64,000 nucleotides of DNA from Octopus bimaculoides (taxonomy: Eukaryota). The first letter of the stretch is position 1. Every line of letters begins with the position of its first letter. Below, in pieces: positions 1-17,039 of this stretch. The stretch is taken from the NCBI RefSeq assembly GCF_001194135.2, contig NC_069008.1:15217667-15281666 (forward strand), read 5' to 3'. The notes below the pieces were generated by a model, which had not been told where the DNA came from, searched no databases, and worked only from the letters and a program-made list of their open reading frames with translations. A program made the position numbers and the translations under genes.

Positions 1-356
<356 letters not shown>

Positions 357-1076
357 TCATTTTCTTTCAGATGATAAATATTGAGGATGTATCTTCAGTT
401 ATCCCAATGTCATATGATATTCTGAAATAATAAAGAAACATCAGTGTAAAATATGGAGGCTACTTAAAAAATACAGATTCAAAAGTGTTTTACACTTACT
501 GTACTTTTATTATTATTATTTTTTTTTTTTGCTCGGGTCAAACACTGAAGTTTAACATCGTAATCTACGCCGTTTTAAAGGTATATAAATAAAATTTCAT
601 TAAAAGATATCCATTTTCCTAAAAATTACGAGGGAAAAAATTGGATCCTGTGAATTTTCCTAAAGTCCTCTCCCCTCTTTGGAGCAAATTTTTGTTTTCA
701 TATTTCTTTAATACACATTTTTTTCACATCTATTACACTTTTCTGTTTTCGTCACCGTGAGTTAAAGTAAACATTAACCGCCATCTCTTTGCCATAGCTA
801 GAAATAGCAGCTAAATCTGGCAGAAATCATGGATATCTCTCATCCATAAAAGATGCGGGAGACAGAAACAATCGACACGTCAAAAACCGAACGTCTACAG
901 AATTAAAAGATTAAATGTTTTCATTGTTTAATACTTACGGAAATGTTTCATAAAAGAAAGAATAGTTATAAAGTGTGTGAATTATGTGTATTGAGAAAAG
1001 TATCAAAAGTGTTTGTAGAAGTTAATTGAAACAAATTCCTGCTCGAATTATACTTCTATCAAAGTGAAGGTAAAAA

Positions 1077-1101
1077 CGGAAGTACAATTATTGCCCATAG
1101 G
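1077..1101 (-). promoter_or_regulatory. ZNF-1 promoter: ETS site plus degenerate NRF1-type site
   Basis: CGGAAGT-acaattatt-GCCCATAGG on +; exon-1 donor GTAAGT on - at 938-933; coding-exon acceptor AG at 423-422. Confidence 0.6.
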
Positions 1102-1149
1102 TATCGTTAAATAAAACACATACGGGAGATAACTCTTGTCGCAATGTTT

Positions 1150-2670
1150 CAATTTAATGCAATTGTTTTTCCTATCTGCTCGTATTTGGGAGATTCTTTC
1201 ATTTATTCTCTGCATTTTCATAATAGCACTTCCAGGTCTCTTTCTTTTCAGAAGCACTGAGTGCAAACATGCCACTATCCTACACACATTTCTCCCCCAG
1301 AACTCAATGTTCTCTGGTACACTGCCTCACAAACCAGAACACTTTAGGCCTTCAGTCCTTGTATAATAGAACATTGGCAAACCTCTCTCTGAATCTTCCT
1401 CATCACTTAATGACTATCTTCCATACTGGCATAGGTTGAATGGTTTGACAGGACTTGGCAAACCAAAGAACTGCACCAAACTCTGTTGTCAGTTTTAGCA
1501 TTGTTTCTACAGATGGACGGCCTTCCTTAAACCAACCACTTTACAAAATGTACTGGGTATTCTTTATATGGAACAACATTTGTGCTTTCAGCATGACACC
1601 AGAATCAGTGGGTTCATCAAGTAGCTTGTAAGAAAAAACAACCCTTGGATGGGAGAGGGAATGATATCGAGGTGGCTTTGTGCTAGTTGAAAGGTTAAAG
1701 TATAACAGAGTGATAGAGATAGGTGCCATACTACGGAGGAAATAGTCAGCTACTCCAGTAGGAAAAGGGAAGACAGCAAGGAGAGAAAGACAGAAACAGA
1801 TGGTACTGGAAGTGCACCAGGAGCTACACACAGGAGATAGTGGGGGAATGTGAGCAATACTGGGGGGTGGGGGTAGAGGTGAATATTTCAAGAGGATTGA
1901 AGATGTTTAGAGATAAAGAGGAGGTGACTGTAGCAAGTGACAGTGAGAGAAGTAGCCTTGCCCCAGCCAATGGCAGGTCTGAGAGGACATGGAAAATGTA
2001 TGGGTAGGCATATGAAAGAGAGTGGCAGAGGCTGCAGCAGGTGGGGATCATGGGTGGATGAAGGGGGAATGTTGAAAAGATAGGTTGTGAGAGATTTTTG
2101 ACAGAGGGAGGGATACGGCATGGCTGTAAAGGACATACTTGTATATATGGCCACAATTTGGCTTAGATTGTGTTTTCAAGCACAATAAATCACCAGATGT
2201 CTTGGTCCCTTGTTGTCTCTTCTGTGTGGCTCAAAATCTGAAGATAATTTCTCACATCTTCCTGGGTCTACCTCATGCAAAAATTCTCTCCATAATTAGA
2301 TAGGCATTTCTTTATACAGCTGCTCTTCTCCATATGCATCACATCATCATACCAATAGTCTTCGATCTTCTACACCAAGCAGGGTCATTTTCCTAAAGGA
2401 TTGGTAATTTATTTGCTTTCCTAATTCATTAGGATTTAGGTCTTTGCTAAAATAATTATAAGGCCCTTTGACTTTAGACCTCTCTAAATTTATTAGAGAT
2501 TGTGCTATAACAAATTCATCAGCAAAGAGGAGCCTCAAAAGGCAACCGGTCTTCAATTCCTCTAATATGTCCTTGAGGATCAGGATAAACAAGAGTGGGT
2601 TGAAAACCAATCCATGGTGAACTCTTAGCTGCACACTAAATTCATTGCTGTACTCATAGCCAATTTTCAT
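1150..2670 (-). mobile_element. Degraded RTE-clade LINE fragments
   Basis: ORF 2347-2670 reads as decayed RT (VHHGLVFNPLLFILIL...LLFADEFVI, compare GVHQGSVLSPLLF...LYADD). 1150-1400 matches the RT N-terminal relic at 17400-17600. Confidence 0.65.
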
Positions 2671-2870
2671 CTCAATGACAGCCCTGCAAAATATACTTAT
2701 GCCCCATGTTTCCCCTTTGCAGTCTCTTTTGTTTTGTACTCAAGGTCATTCTTTGGTTTTCCTTTGTGATCCCTTTGTTTTGTACTGGAGGTTATTACCT
2801 ATGTACATATTTTACACCTTTTACTGTAACCCTCACAATGTAAAAGAAATAAATTATGTTATTGTTGATA

Positions 2871-2876
2871 TTTAAT
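2871..2876 (-). terminator. Candidate poly(A) signal ATTAAA in the conserved type-A 3' UTR block
   Basis: TCACTCATTAAA context conserved at 2871, 11882, 18504 and 33639. Confidence 0.4.
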
Positions 2877-3154
2877 GAGTGAAGCATTGAAAAACTAATA
2901 AACAATATACAGTAAATCATGGAAGTGACATTCAACAAAACCCACAAGCAGGGTTGCTAGGAGGAGCAGTTTCAGAATAGAGGTCCCTACATTATAGAAA
3001 AAGGAACAGAAAAAGAGCATGGCACTGCAAGATAATTTTAAAAGAAACGAAAGAAATTGAAATTATTGAAAGACCATGTTCACAATCATAATTTCCATTA
3101 CATGAATCAGGAATATTAGAAAGAAAAAAAAGTTTACAGAACAAACCACACAAA

Positions 3155-4240
<1,086 letters not shown>

Positions 4241-5482
4241 TATTTTTCTCCTTGAATCACAATGTATATATATATTGTTCTTGTTTTCCTTCTTATAGTT
4301 TACTCTTACAAAGAATATGCTTTGTACATCATTTTCTTTCAGTTTTAAAAGATTATAAATATTGAGGATGTATCTTCAGTTATCCCAATGTCATATGATA
4401 TTCTGAAATAATAAAGAAACATCAGTGTAATATATGGAGGCTACTTAAAAAATACAGATTCAAAAGTGGGAAATTTACCTGAACAACTGAACTTATAATT
4501 TGACATTGTTGTTTAGCCCCGAGCAGAAATACAATTAAAAACATTCTATCTTGTTTTTCTCTTTAGCATTGTATATCTAGGATATAATAATGCACTCATT
4601 TACAATTGTGACATGGTGTGACTGTGAGGAAACAGAAATGCAAACACACACAATTATGTTTTCGAAAAATCATTGTTTTACCCAAAACTACAATGTTATT
4701 TTGTGTTTTTATCATTTTATTCCTGTTACACTCTTCCAGGCACTTCTTCTCCCCTATTATGTAGGAACCCCTAACTTACCATCTTGAGTATTACACATGA
4801 TTAATGCTTCAAAAATAACACCAGTTGTAGGCATTAGAATTTATCATTTTAGAGAAATCAGGGAAGGGTTTAATGTGAACAGTGTAATTTCAAATCAGGT
4901 TCAGGGCTACCCCACAGATAATCTGAAATTGATGTCAGATCACTAAGAAGCAACCTTCAACTTTAATACTAATATCTGTCGTAATTTTCATTGTATTAAA
5001 AGATATTCATTTAATTTCATTCCAGAAAGGAAATGCAGAGTAGTCCTCAAAATTTAATTTTTTGCAACAAGATTGTAATCTACATCATAAAAATTTATGA
5101 AGAAAACCCAATCAGCATATCTACACAAATGTGTCCACCGTCCCAAATTTATTTCCTCAGAACTTTCAGAAAAATGGATATTTATTAGTGAAATTTTTAC
5201 AAATACACTTCAGATAGTGCAGATTCTGATCATATCAGAAATTATGAGGGAAAATTGTTTTAGATTCATTTATTTTTCGTTTGAGTAATAGAAAAGGTTT
5301 TTCAGAAAGATCCCAATGGTGGAGATGTGCTAAGAACAACAGCTAAATCACTCTCTCCATTTTTTCAATAGTGAAACCATATTCAATACCGTATTTACGA
5401 ATTTGTTTCTCTCATTATAGTACATGAGATCTTTTTTAAAACCTTTTTCTATTTCTTGAACGAAATATAGATGAATCTTACA

Positions 5483-5779
5483 CCTAGTACACTATTTGTT
5501 CTTCCATTTTTGTGACGGGAGTGGGTGGAGATAATTCACAGGATCCAGTAATCCCACTTTGACAGCCGATCACAAAAATGAAAAAACAATAGTGTGATAG
5601 GTGTAAAACATGTAGTAAACGAATATGAAAAAAAAAAAAAAAAAAATGCGCGCTGGCGAACGAGAGAGAGGACTCGGGAAATTCAGACCTTGACCTTTAA
5701 ACTCCAGTGTTGCTGGATCGTGTGAATTATCCGAGTCTGCAACCGGTTACAAAAGTTGAAAAACAAATAGTGTACTAGG
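5483..5779. mobile_element. Foldback MITE in ZNF-2 intron 1
   Basis: CCTAGTACACTATTTGTT at 5483 and AACAAATAGTGTACTAGG ending at 5779; further inverted match GATAATTCACAGGATCCAG / CTGGATCGTGTGAATTATC. Right end abuts a gap. Confidence 0.6.
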
Positions 5780-6737
5780 NNNNNNNNNNNNNNNNNNNNN
5801 NNNNNNNNNNNNNNNNNNNNNNNNNNNNNNNNNNNNNNNNNNNNNNNNNNNNNNNNNNNNNNNNNNNNNNNNNNNNNNNNNNNNNNNNNNNNNNNNNNNN
5901 NNNNNNNNNNNNNNNNNNNNNNNNNNNNNNNNNNNNNNNNNNNNNNNNNNNNNNNNNNNNNNNNNNNNNNNNNNNNNNNNNNNNNNNNNNNNNNNNNNNN
6001 NNNNNNNNNNNNNNNNNNNNNNNNNNNNNNNNNNNNNNNNNNNNNNNNNNNNNNNNNNNNNNNNNNNNNNNNNNNNNNNNNNNNNNNNNNNNNNNNNNNN
6101 NNNNNNNNNNNNNNNNNNNNNNNNNNNNNNNNNNNNNNNNNNNNNNNNNNNNNNNNNNNNNNNNNNNNNNNNNNNNNNNNNNNNNNNNNNNNNNNNNNNN
6201 NNNNNNNNNNNNNNNNNNNNNNNNNNNNNNNNNNNNNNNNNNNNNNNNNNNNNNNNNNNNNNNNNNNNNNNNNNNNNNNNNNNNNNNNNNNNNNNNNNNN
6301 NNNNNNNNNNNNNNNNNNNNNNNNNNNNNNNNNNNNNNNNNNNNNNNNNNNNNNNNNNNNNNNNNNNNNNNNNNNNNNNNNNNNNNNNNNNNNNNNNNNN
6401 NNNNNNNNNNNNNNNNNNNNNNNNNNNNNNNNNNNNNNNNNNNNNNNNNNNNNNNNNNNNNNNNNNNNNNNNNNNNNNNNNNNNNNNNNNNNNNNNNNNN
6501 NNNNNNNNNNNNNNNNNNNNNNNNNNNNNNNNNNNNNNNNNNNNNNNNNNNNNNNNNNNNNNNNNNNNNNNNNNNNNNNNTTCATTGTTTAATACTTACG
6601 GAAATGTTTCATAAAAGAAAGAATAGTTATAAAGTGTGTGAATTATGTGTATTGAGAAAAGTATCAAAAGTGTTTGTAGAAGTTAATTGAAACAAATTCC
6701 TGCTCGAATTATACTTCTTTCAAAGTGAAGGTAAAAA

Positions 6738-6762
6738 CGGAAGTACAATTATTGCCCATGCG
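6738..6762 (-). promoter_or_regulatory. ZNF-2 promoter (assignment crosses a gap): ETS plus one-mismatch NRF1-type site
   Basis: CGGAAGT-acaattatt-GCCCATGCG; donor GTAAGT at 6599-6594. Confidence 0.6.
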
Positions 6763-7353
6763 TATCGTTAAATAAAACACATACGGGAGATAACTCTTGT
6801 CGCAATGTTTCAATTTAATGCAATTGTTTTTCCTGTCTGTCTCCATAATAAAACTTTTCTAGAACTAGTTTCAGATATTTTATATGAAGGTAATTCCTAG
6901 TGATAACACTGACTCTCCTTATCATCCTGATTTCACCCCTAATTCTGAAACTAGAATTAGTACTCATTCTTTTAATCACGGGCCCGAGAAACAATGAAGA
7001 TTTTTAACTTCTACTCTCTGATGCAGCATGGGACAAGGTTTCTACAGACAGTTGACAATGATATGGTTTCTCTCCTGTATGAATACATTTATGTCTAGTT
7101 AAGTCACTACTTACAGAGATCGATTTACCACAGATATCATTGTCATATGGTTTCTCTCCTGTATGAACACACGTTTGTGTGCAGGTATCACAATGACACA
7201 GCTTCACTCCTGTATGAACACGTCTGTGGGCAGTTAAAGAACCATTTTTAGAATATGATTAACCACTGGTAGCAGTTACATGGCTTCTCTCCGATATAAA
7301 TATGTTTATGTAAAGTCAAGGCAGTACTGCAGGAGAATGATTTACTGCAGGCA

Positions 7354-8442
7354 TCAGTGATGTTGTTTCTCTCCAATATGAATAGGTCTGTGTGCAGTTA
7401 GGCGACTACTGTCAGAGAATGATTTACCACAAATATCACACTGATATGGTTTCTCTCCTGTATGAATACGTTTGTGTCTAGGTAAAGCACTACTATCAGA
7501 GAATGATTTACCACAGATATCACAATGATGTGGCTTCTCTCCTGTGTGAGTACGTTTGTGTGTAGTAACGTGAATACTTCTAGAGAATGATTTACCACAG
7601 ATATCACAGTGATAGGGATTCTCTCCTGTATGAATACATCTGTGTGCAGTCATGGCACTATTGCAAGTGAAAGATTTACCACAGATATCACAATGATAAG
7701 GCTTCTCTCCTGTATGAATATATCTATGAGCAGTTAAGTGACTATTTTGTGAGAATGATTTACCACAGGTATCACAGTGATATAGTTTCTCTCCTGTATG
7801 GTTACGTTTATGTGTGGTTAAGTGACAATTCTTAGAGAATGATTTACCACAGATATCACAATGGTATGGCTTCTCTCCTGTATGAGTACGTTTGTGTGAA
7901 GTCAAGGTATTACTGTCAGAGAATGATTTACCACAGGTAATACAGTGATATGGTTTCTCTCCTGTATGAATACGTTTATGTCTAGGTAAAGCACTACTAT
8001 CAGAGAATGTTTTACCACAGATATCACAATGATATGGCTTCTCTCCTGTATGAATACGTATGTGTGTAGTTAAGTCACAACTGCGAGAGAACAATTTACC
8101 ACAGACATCACAGTGAAATGGCTTCTCTCCAGTATGAATACATTTGTGTTTAGTTAAGTGACATCTTTGAGAGAATGATTTACCACAGATATCACAATGA
8201 TATGGTTTCTCTCCTGTATGAGTACGTATGTGTGTAGTTAAGTCACAACTGCGAGAGAACGATTTGCCACAGACATCACAGTGAAATGGCTTCTCTCCAG
8301 TATGAATACGTTTGTGTTTAGTTAAGTTACTTTTTTGAGAGAAGCATCTTTTACAGACATCACAGTTATATGAAGACTTTCTTATCTCTTTTATCATGTC
8401 TTCATGAGAAATCAATTCTTCAACCTGCTCACTCTTTTCCAT
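7354..8442 (-). CDS. ZNF-3: C2H2 zinc-finger protein, 362 aa, 12 fingers
   Basis: Open frame from the conserved ATG (8442) with 12 CxxC-12-HxxxH units and TGEKP linkers. Ends at CAC TGA; about 4 degenerate fingers follow to about 7050. Confidence 0.9.
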   Translation of the reverse strand: MEKSEQVEELISHEDMIKEIRKSSYNCDVCKRCFSQKSNLTKHKRIHTGEKPFHCDVCGKSFSRSCDLTTHIRTHTGEKPYHCDICGKSFSQRCHLTKHKCIHTGEKPFHCDVCGKLFSRSCDLTTHIRIHTGEKPYHCDICGKTFSDSSALPRHKRIHTGEKPYHCITCGKSFSDSNTLTSHKRTHTGEKPYHCDICGKSFSKNCHLTTHKRNHTGEKLYHCDTCGKSFSQNSHLTAHRYIHTGEKPYHCDICGKSFTCNSAMTAHRCIHTGENPYHCDICGKSFSRSIHVTTHKRTHTGEKPHHCDICGKSFSDSSALPRHKRIHTGEKPYQCDICGKSFSDSSRLTAHRPIHIGEKQHH

Positions 8443-9880
8443 TATTTTTCTCCTCAAATCACAATGTATATATATTGTTCTTGCTTTCTTTCTTATAATT
8501 CACTCTTTACAAAGAATTTGCTATGTACATCAATTCTTTTCAGTCTTAAAAGATGATAAATATTGAGTATGTATCTTCAGTTATCCCACTGTCATATGAT
8601 ATTCTGAAATAATAAAGAAACATCATATTTTACAATATGGAGGCTACTTAAAAAATACAGATTGAAACGTGGAAAATTTACATTTCTACAGAAATAAACA
8701 TTTACCTGAACAACTGAACTCATAATTTGACAATGTTGTTCAGCTCTGAGGCATGTCTAACTGAGCACAAATATGATTAAAGACATTCTATTCAGCCTGT
8801 CCTCTCAAGGATTGTATATCTCGGTCTTCCTCATCAAATGCAGTCTTCAATATTCATAAATGCAAGGTGAAATTTAAGGGAAATGTGTTCCTATTTCTAC
8901 TAGGTCATGTGACCACAAAGAAGGCTATGAAGAAATGCATGTTGTTCCTGCAGATTCTGCAAATTTTTATCACAGATCAAACAAAAATTAATATTCATAA
9001 ATGAAGAAAAAACAACTGAATTCAAGAAACAAGAAGCATTAACAAAACATAAGTGGTCTGGCAGTGGTGAAGTTTGATTCCCCACCATGTGATTTGGGGT
9101 TGGGTCCTACAGTGCAGCACTTTCAGTAAGTGTCTTCTACAATAGCATCAGTGAAACCAAAGCCATCTGAGTGGACTTGGTTGATGGAAACTGAAAGAAG
9201 ACTGTCATGTGTGTATGTGAGTGTATTCTTGTTTTGACATTCTGTGATAGATGTAGACAAGCATCAACATGTCATTTGATTCTCATCTTCCAGGGAAACA
9301 TGTCTGGACATGGGAAAATATTACCTTGCTTGGGTGCCATTGTGGGTTGGTGACAGAAAGGGCATTTGTCCTTAACATGAACTCTGTTTGACCCAGGCAG
9401 ACATAGAAAACTACTGTTTTAAATGATAATAATGATTTATATTCTCCTTATTGAGTAGCATATCTATTGATATATCTGTAGACTCAGCTACATATCTGTC
9501 TGTCTCTGTTTAAATAATTATCATTTCTACTTTCCCTTCATTTCATGTATATATCTACCTGTTTTTATAACACCAATAATTTAAACAATGAAAAAAAAAA
9601 ATCCCAGAATATAAGACTGTCGGTACCCCAGCATGACCATAGCCTTTTGTCAAGAACATGTAAAAGATAGAAGTGTATGATCCACAGCTATTTGCTAAGG
9701 TTATTTCCCATTAATTTAACTCTCAATCGATACACCTTTTAATTTATAGATCTTCACGACATTGTTTTATGTTAAACATTTCAACTGTGCCTGTGTTTTG
9801 AACACATGAATGCAGAATATTATATAACTTCTACCTTCCTCCTCATTCTCTCTAATAACATAGACCTACACACATCACAG

Positions 9881-9912
<32 letters not shown>

Positions 9913-10686
9913 TATATATTTTATATTTTATATATTTTATATTTTATATATATTTTATATATATATATTTTTTTTTTTTCACTTTTCTTGAAATTCCGAT
10001 ATAACCGTAATCTACACATTCTGAAAGTTGTGAAGAAACTAAATCGACGCGTGTGAATTTATAGAAACCTTTTTTCCCCAGGGAAAATTTATTTTCACAA
10101 ATTCTGATGTAATCGGAATCTACACCTCCTGACAGGTATTTGTAGAAAATTTCCTTTCAATAAATACATTTTTCGGAAAGTTATGAGGAAACGAATTGCT
10201 GATGTATTAGGCATACATCAGTAGCTGTACCAAGAAACAAACATTCGATTAATTATAATTAAGTACAGGTTTCTAAACTCAAAGTGTTGTAGTATATTTC
10301 AGGATATTTCTAAACTGAAGTGTTCTAGTATATTTGAGGATATTTCTCAAACTAAAACCTGCAACAAACTAACGGGGCAACAATAGAGAATGTTGAAGGT
10401 AGCTTCCAGGTAGAAATAGCAGCTAAATCTTGCACAAATCATAGACATCTGCTATCATTAAAAGATGACTGAGAAACAAAATGATACGTCAAAACAGAAT
10501 TAAAAGATTAAATATTCTCATTGTTTAATACTTACAGAAATGTTTCATGAAAGAAAGACTTGTTATAAAGTGTGTGTATAATATGTATTAAACGTACTTT
10601 AAGTGTGTAAGTTTGTGTGTACTTGTAAAAGTTAAATAAGAGACACTGACGCACAAAACAAATTTGTTTCAATGTGCAAGTGAATG

Positions 10687-10711
10687 CGGAAGTACAGTTA
10701 ATGCGCATGCG
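10687..10711 (-). promoter_or_regulatory. ZNF-3 promoter: ETS-9bp-NRF1 composite
   Basis: CGGAAGT-acagttaat-GCGCATGCG; donor GTAAGT at 10535-10530; acceptor at 8605-8604. Confidence 0.75.
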
Positions 10712-11338
10712 TCTCGTTTAATAAAACACATATGGGAGGTAACTCTTGTTGGAATTTCTAACCGTAATCCAGTTTTTTATATTTCTGACAAAAATTTTCT
10801 TCGATAAGTTTTAGGTATTTTATATGAAGGTTTCACACTTAATTTTGAAAGAAGAATTAGTTCTCTTTCCTTTAATCATGAGCTCTACAAACGATGATGA
10901 TTTTAATTTCTACTTTTCGATGATGCATGGGTAAGAGTTTCTATCGTCTGCTGGCATACCTCGAGACAACAGCCACATGTTCCAAGCGAGCTTGTGTCAC
11001 TCTCCGCCGAGCAACAAATATCCCTCTCTTGATTACATGAACTGGAAATCAAATGACACCAGCTCAATGAGTCAGGATGCAGGCAAATGACAGAGGTTTG
11101 AATCGAATGAATGGATGGGTGAGGTGAGTGTTTCTTTAAGAAAAATTAAACTTTAAAAAGATATATTTCCCAGATTCGTAATCCCTATTTTTCTACATGG
11201 ATAACAAAAATATTCGTAAAAATGTTACAAATCAAGAAATTGCTGTGGGAACGAGGGAAAATTTCCAATGATTCCATGCTATGGGGGGGGGGGNNNNNNN
11301 NNNNNNNNNNNNNNNNNNNNNNNNNNNNNNNNNNNNNN

Positions 11339-11762
11339 CCGGTTTTCCCATCCCCTCTTTTTTTCGAATAAAAATAAGGGGTCTGCTGCATATTAGGAAG
11401 TCAGAGTACTTGATTCCATGCAGAAAATGAGGGTGGGGGTGAAATTTCTGACGCTTCTACCTTACCCCACCCTGTTTTTGGACCCCAAAAATGGTTTTGT
11501 AGTATATTAGATCACCAGAACTTATTCAACATAAAAAAATTTTTCAATGATTCCAGATGGGGTAGGGGGTCCGATTCACCCTTTTTTTCCAAACAAAAAT
11601 AAGGAGTTTGCAGAATATTAGGCAGTTAGTGTACTTGATTCCACGCAAAAAAAATATTTTTTCTTTGATTGTAAACTAGACCCTTGTTAAATTGAATATA
11701 AAAAACAATTTTTCAGAAAGTTATGAGAAGAGGCTGTTGTGGAGCACTAAACTATAGTTATA
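11339..11762. mobile_element. Non-autonomous DNA-transposon relic with an internal direct repeat of about 220-bp period
   Basis: 11360-11428 resembles 11582-11650. Its right end TGTGGAGCACTAAACTATAGTT resembles the TIR at 33516-33536. Confidence 0.45.
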
Positions 11763-12179
11763 CCCAATGTCTTTCGGTTGTGGCCACTTTGTTTTGTACT
11801 AGAGGTTATTTTGTACATATCTGACAACTTTACTATATTCCTGTCAATGAAAAAGCCTTAAATTATGTTATCATTAACATATTTAATGAGTGAAGCATTT
11901 CAAAATTAATAAACAATAAATTAAAAAATTAAAATTAATAAAATATAAATTGTGGAAGTGATAATCAACAAAGAACCATGTGTAAGATTGCCAGGAGGAG
12001 GAATTTTCGAATAGAGGGCCCTACATTATGGAAAAGGGCATGAAAGTAGGGGAATGGATGGGGAGAAAATTAGGCAAGAAAGAAAAAAACAAAATCTTCA
12101 GGTTCATTTCAGAGTCATAATTTCCATTATTTAAATCACAGGAATATTATAAAATCGTTTACAAAAGAAACCATACAAA

Positions 12180-14067
<1,888 letters not shown>

Positions 14068-16452
14068 TCACTCTTTACAAAGAGTTTGCTTTGTACATCA
14101 ATTCCTACCAGTCTTAAAAGATGATAAATATTGAGGATGTATCTTCAGTTATCCCAATGTCATATGATATTCTGAAAACATAAAGAAACATCAGTATTAA
14201 ATATGGAGGCTACTTAAAAAATACAGATTTAAATGAGGGAAATTTGCATTTCTACAGAAATAAACATTTACCTAAACAACTGAACTCATAATTTTACATT
14301 ATTGTTTAGTCCTGATGCATTTCTAACTGAGCAGAAATATAATTAAAGACTTTCCATCCAGTCTTTCTCTTTAGTATTGTATATCTAAGACTACATAATC
14401 CAATATAGTCTTCAATGTTCATAAATGAAAGGTGAAATTAAAGAGAAATGTGCTGTTATTTCAAGTTAGAATGTGAAGGAAACCGTGTTGTTTTTGCAGG
14501 TTTGCAGGTCTTACAATTATTTTGCCGCAGATCAAACAAAAATAAACATTGATGAATGAAGAAAAGACAACTGAATTCAAAGAAAACAAAAAAAATTAAT
14601 AAAAAATGTAACTGGTCTGGCAGTGGTTAATAAGATTGATTCCCAAGCATGTGATTCTAGGTTCAGTCCCACAGTGCAGCACTTTGAAATTCTGTTATTT
14701 TATCAGAACTGTACTTTTAAATATAATTGAAATGCACTTAGAAGTTATTGCCTAGTTATCTTGTCCTAATATGTTTAAGATGAAAATTGAATTAAAAATA
14801 TAAAACTTATTCAAATATATAACAACACTTTTCACTGTTAAACTATGACCAAATCTCAGCCTAAGTTATTTACCAATTGAGATTATTTTCATTTCATTTC
14901 AGTTACCCATCTATTAATATATCTCTTAACCTGTATATCTATTGATATATCTGTAGATTCACCTACATATCTGTCTGTCTCTGTTTAAATAATTATTTCT
15001 ACTTTCCCTTCATCTCATGTATATATTTGTCTGCTTTTATAACACCAATAAACATTTAAACCTAATAAGAAAAAAAAAACATTCCATAAAGAAAACAGAA
15101 GACTTTGAGTGCCCCAGCATGGACATGGCCTTTTGTCTAGAACATATAAAAGATAAGTGTACGATTGACTGATATTTGCTGAGGTTATTTCCCATCAATT
15201 TAACTATCAATCGAAAAATCTTTTAATTTATAGATCGTCATGACATTGTTTTATTATGCTGAACATTTCAACTGTGCCTTTGAACACAAGAATGCAGAAT
15301 GATATAGAACTTCTACCTCCCCTTCACTCTTTCTAATTATATAAAACTTCTACCTCCCCTTCACTCTAATTATATAGTACTTCTACCTCCCCCTCACTCC
15401 TCCATCCCCACCCACTTTCAAGCGGGCTTTGTTTTATTTTCTTTCCTGACTTCGCTATTTCACTTTGTCTTTATCTCCAATTCTTCCCCTCCCCCACAAT
15501 CTCTTTATGAATATATCTCTCCATCTGATTTATTGTCTTTCTTAGTGTAACAGATAAACAGAACAGAGTAACAAGCGGTATATTATTGTGGATAAAGCCC
15601 TACTTTGACATTTTCATCCCTTTTGTCCCGTTTTTGTTGTTAATTTTCTTCCTTCATACAATGGTAATTATGACGTTGAAAAACCATTGTTTTTCCCCAA
15701 AACTACAATTATGTTTTGTTTTTATAGTTTTATTCCCCTTCACCTCTTCCACACACACTTCTCTACTGATGTCGGAACGTCTGCCTTACCATCTTCAGTG
15801 TAACACATGATTAATGCTTTAAACAGAACACCAGCTGTAAGCATAAGAATTTATCATTTTAGAGAAATCAGAGAAGGAGTTAATGTAAACAGTGCTGGAG
15901 TAATTTGTAATTAGGCGCAGGGTTACCCTACGGATAATCTGAAACCGATGTCAGATGACTGAGAAGCAGCCTGAAATCTTTTAATTTTATTCCAGAAAGG
16001 AAATTGTGGAATAGTCCTCAAATTTTTATCTATGAACAAAATTGTAATCTACATCATAAAAATTTATGAGGAAACCAAATCAGCATATCTACACAAATGT
16101 GTCCACTGTCCCAAATTTATATCCTCAGAACATCCAGAAAAATGGATATTTTTTGAATGAAAGTTTTACAAATATGCTTAAGATAGTGTAGATTCTACTC
16201 ATATCGGAAATAGTTGGGATAATTTTGTCTGCAGGTGGGGCGAGAAGTTTCGGAAAATTCACACAAATCAGCGTTGTTTCCTTCTTAAATTCAATACTTA
16301 CAGAAATGCTTCGTACAGGAAAGACTTGTTATAGAGCCTGTGTATTATATGCCCATCAAGTATGTGTGTGTCGAGTTGATAAACATATCAGAAGTATTCG
16401 TAGAAGTTAAGACACACTTCGGAACGAGATGAACTTCCTTTAACATTCAATA

Positions 16453-16478
16453 CGAAAGTACAAATTAAGGCGCATGCG
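16453..16478 (-). promoter_or_regulatory. ZNF-4 promoter: mutated ETS site, 10-bp spacer, intact NRF1-type site
   Basis: CGAAAGT-acaaattaag-GCGCATGCG; donor at 16301-16296; acceptor at 14173-14172. Confidence 0.65.
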
Positions 16479-17039
16479 TATCGGTTATTCGAAACACGGG
16501 GGGGTAACTCATGTCGGTACCTTTCTGCTTCAAGCAACTCTTCGTTTATCTGTCTCTCTATGTAGCAAAGATGTTCTTGAACTAGTTTCAGATATTTTAT
16601 GTGAAAGTAATTCCTCGCAATAACACTGACTATAATCCTGGTTTCACACCTAATTCTGAAAGCAGAATTAGTACTCATTAGCTCTAGAAACGATGTTGGT
16701 TTTAATTTCGACAGTTTTCTATCGTCAGCCACTGGTTCCAAGCGAACGCATAAGAGTCCCTCTCTGTCGAGTAAGATACGTTTTCACGAGGCTTTTAAGA
16801 AACAAACACTTTACACATTACATGTTGTAAATATAAACAATGGTAGAACCATAGTACTTTTTTTTTTTAACCGTATGTTTCGTCTGCATTTGAAGTGGGT
16901 AAACATGTAAATTTACAATTGGAAACATCAACTTGTTTTACTTTCTGATAATTTAAAACTATTACTTCAGATTGAATGTTGTCAAGATAAAATATAATTA
17001 GAAGTACATTCATAGGCATTGTCGTGGCTGTGTGGTCAG

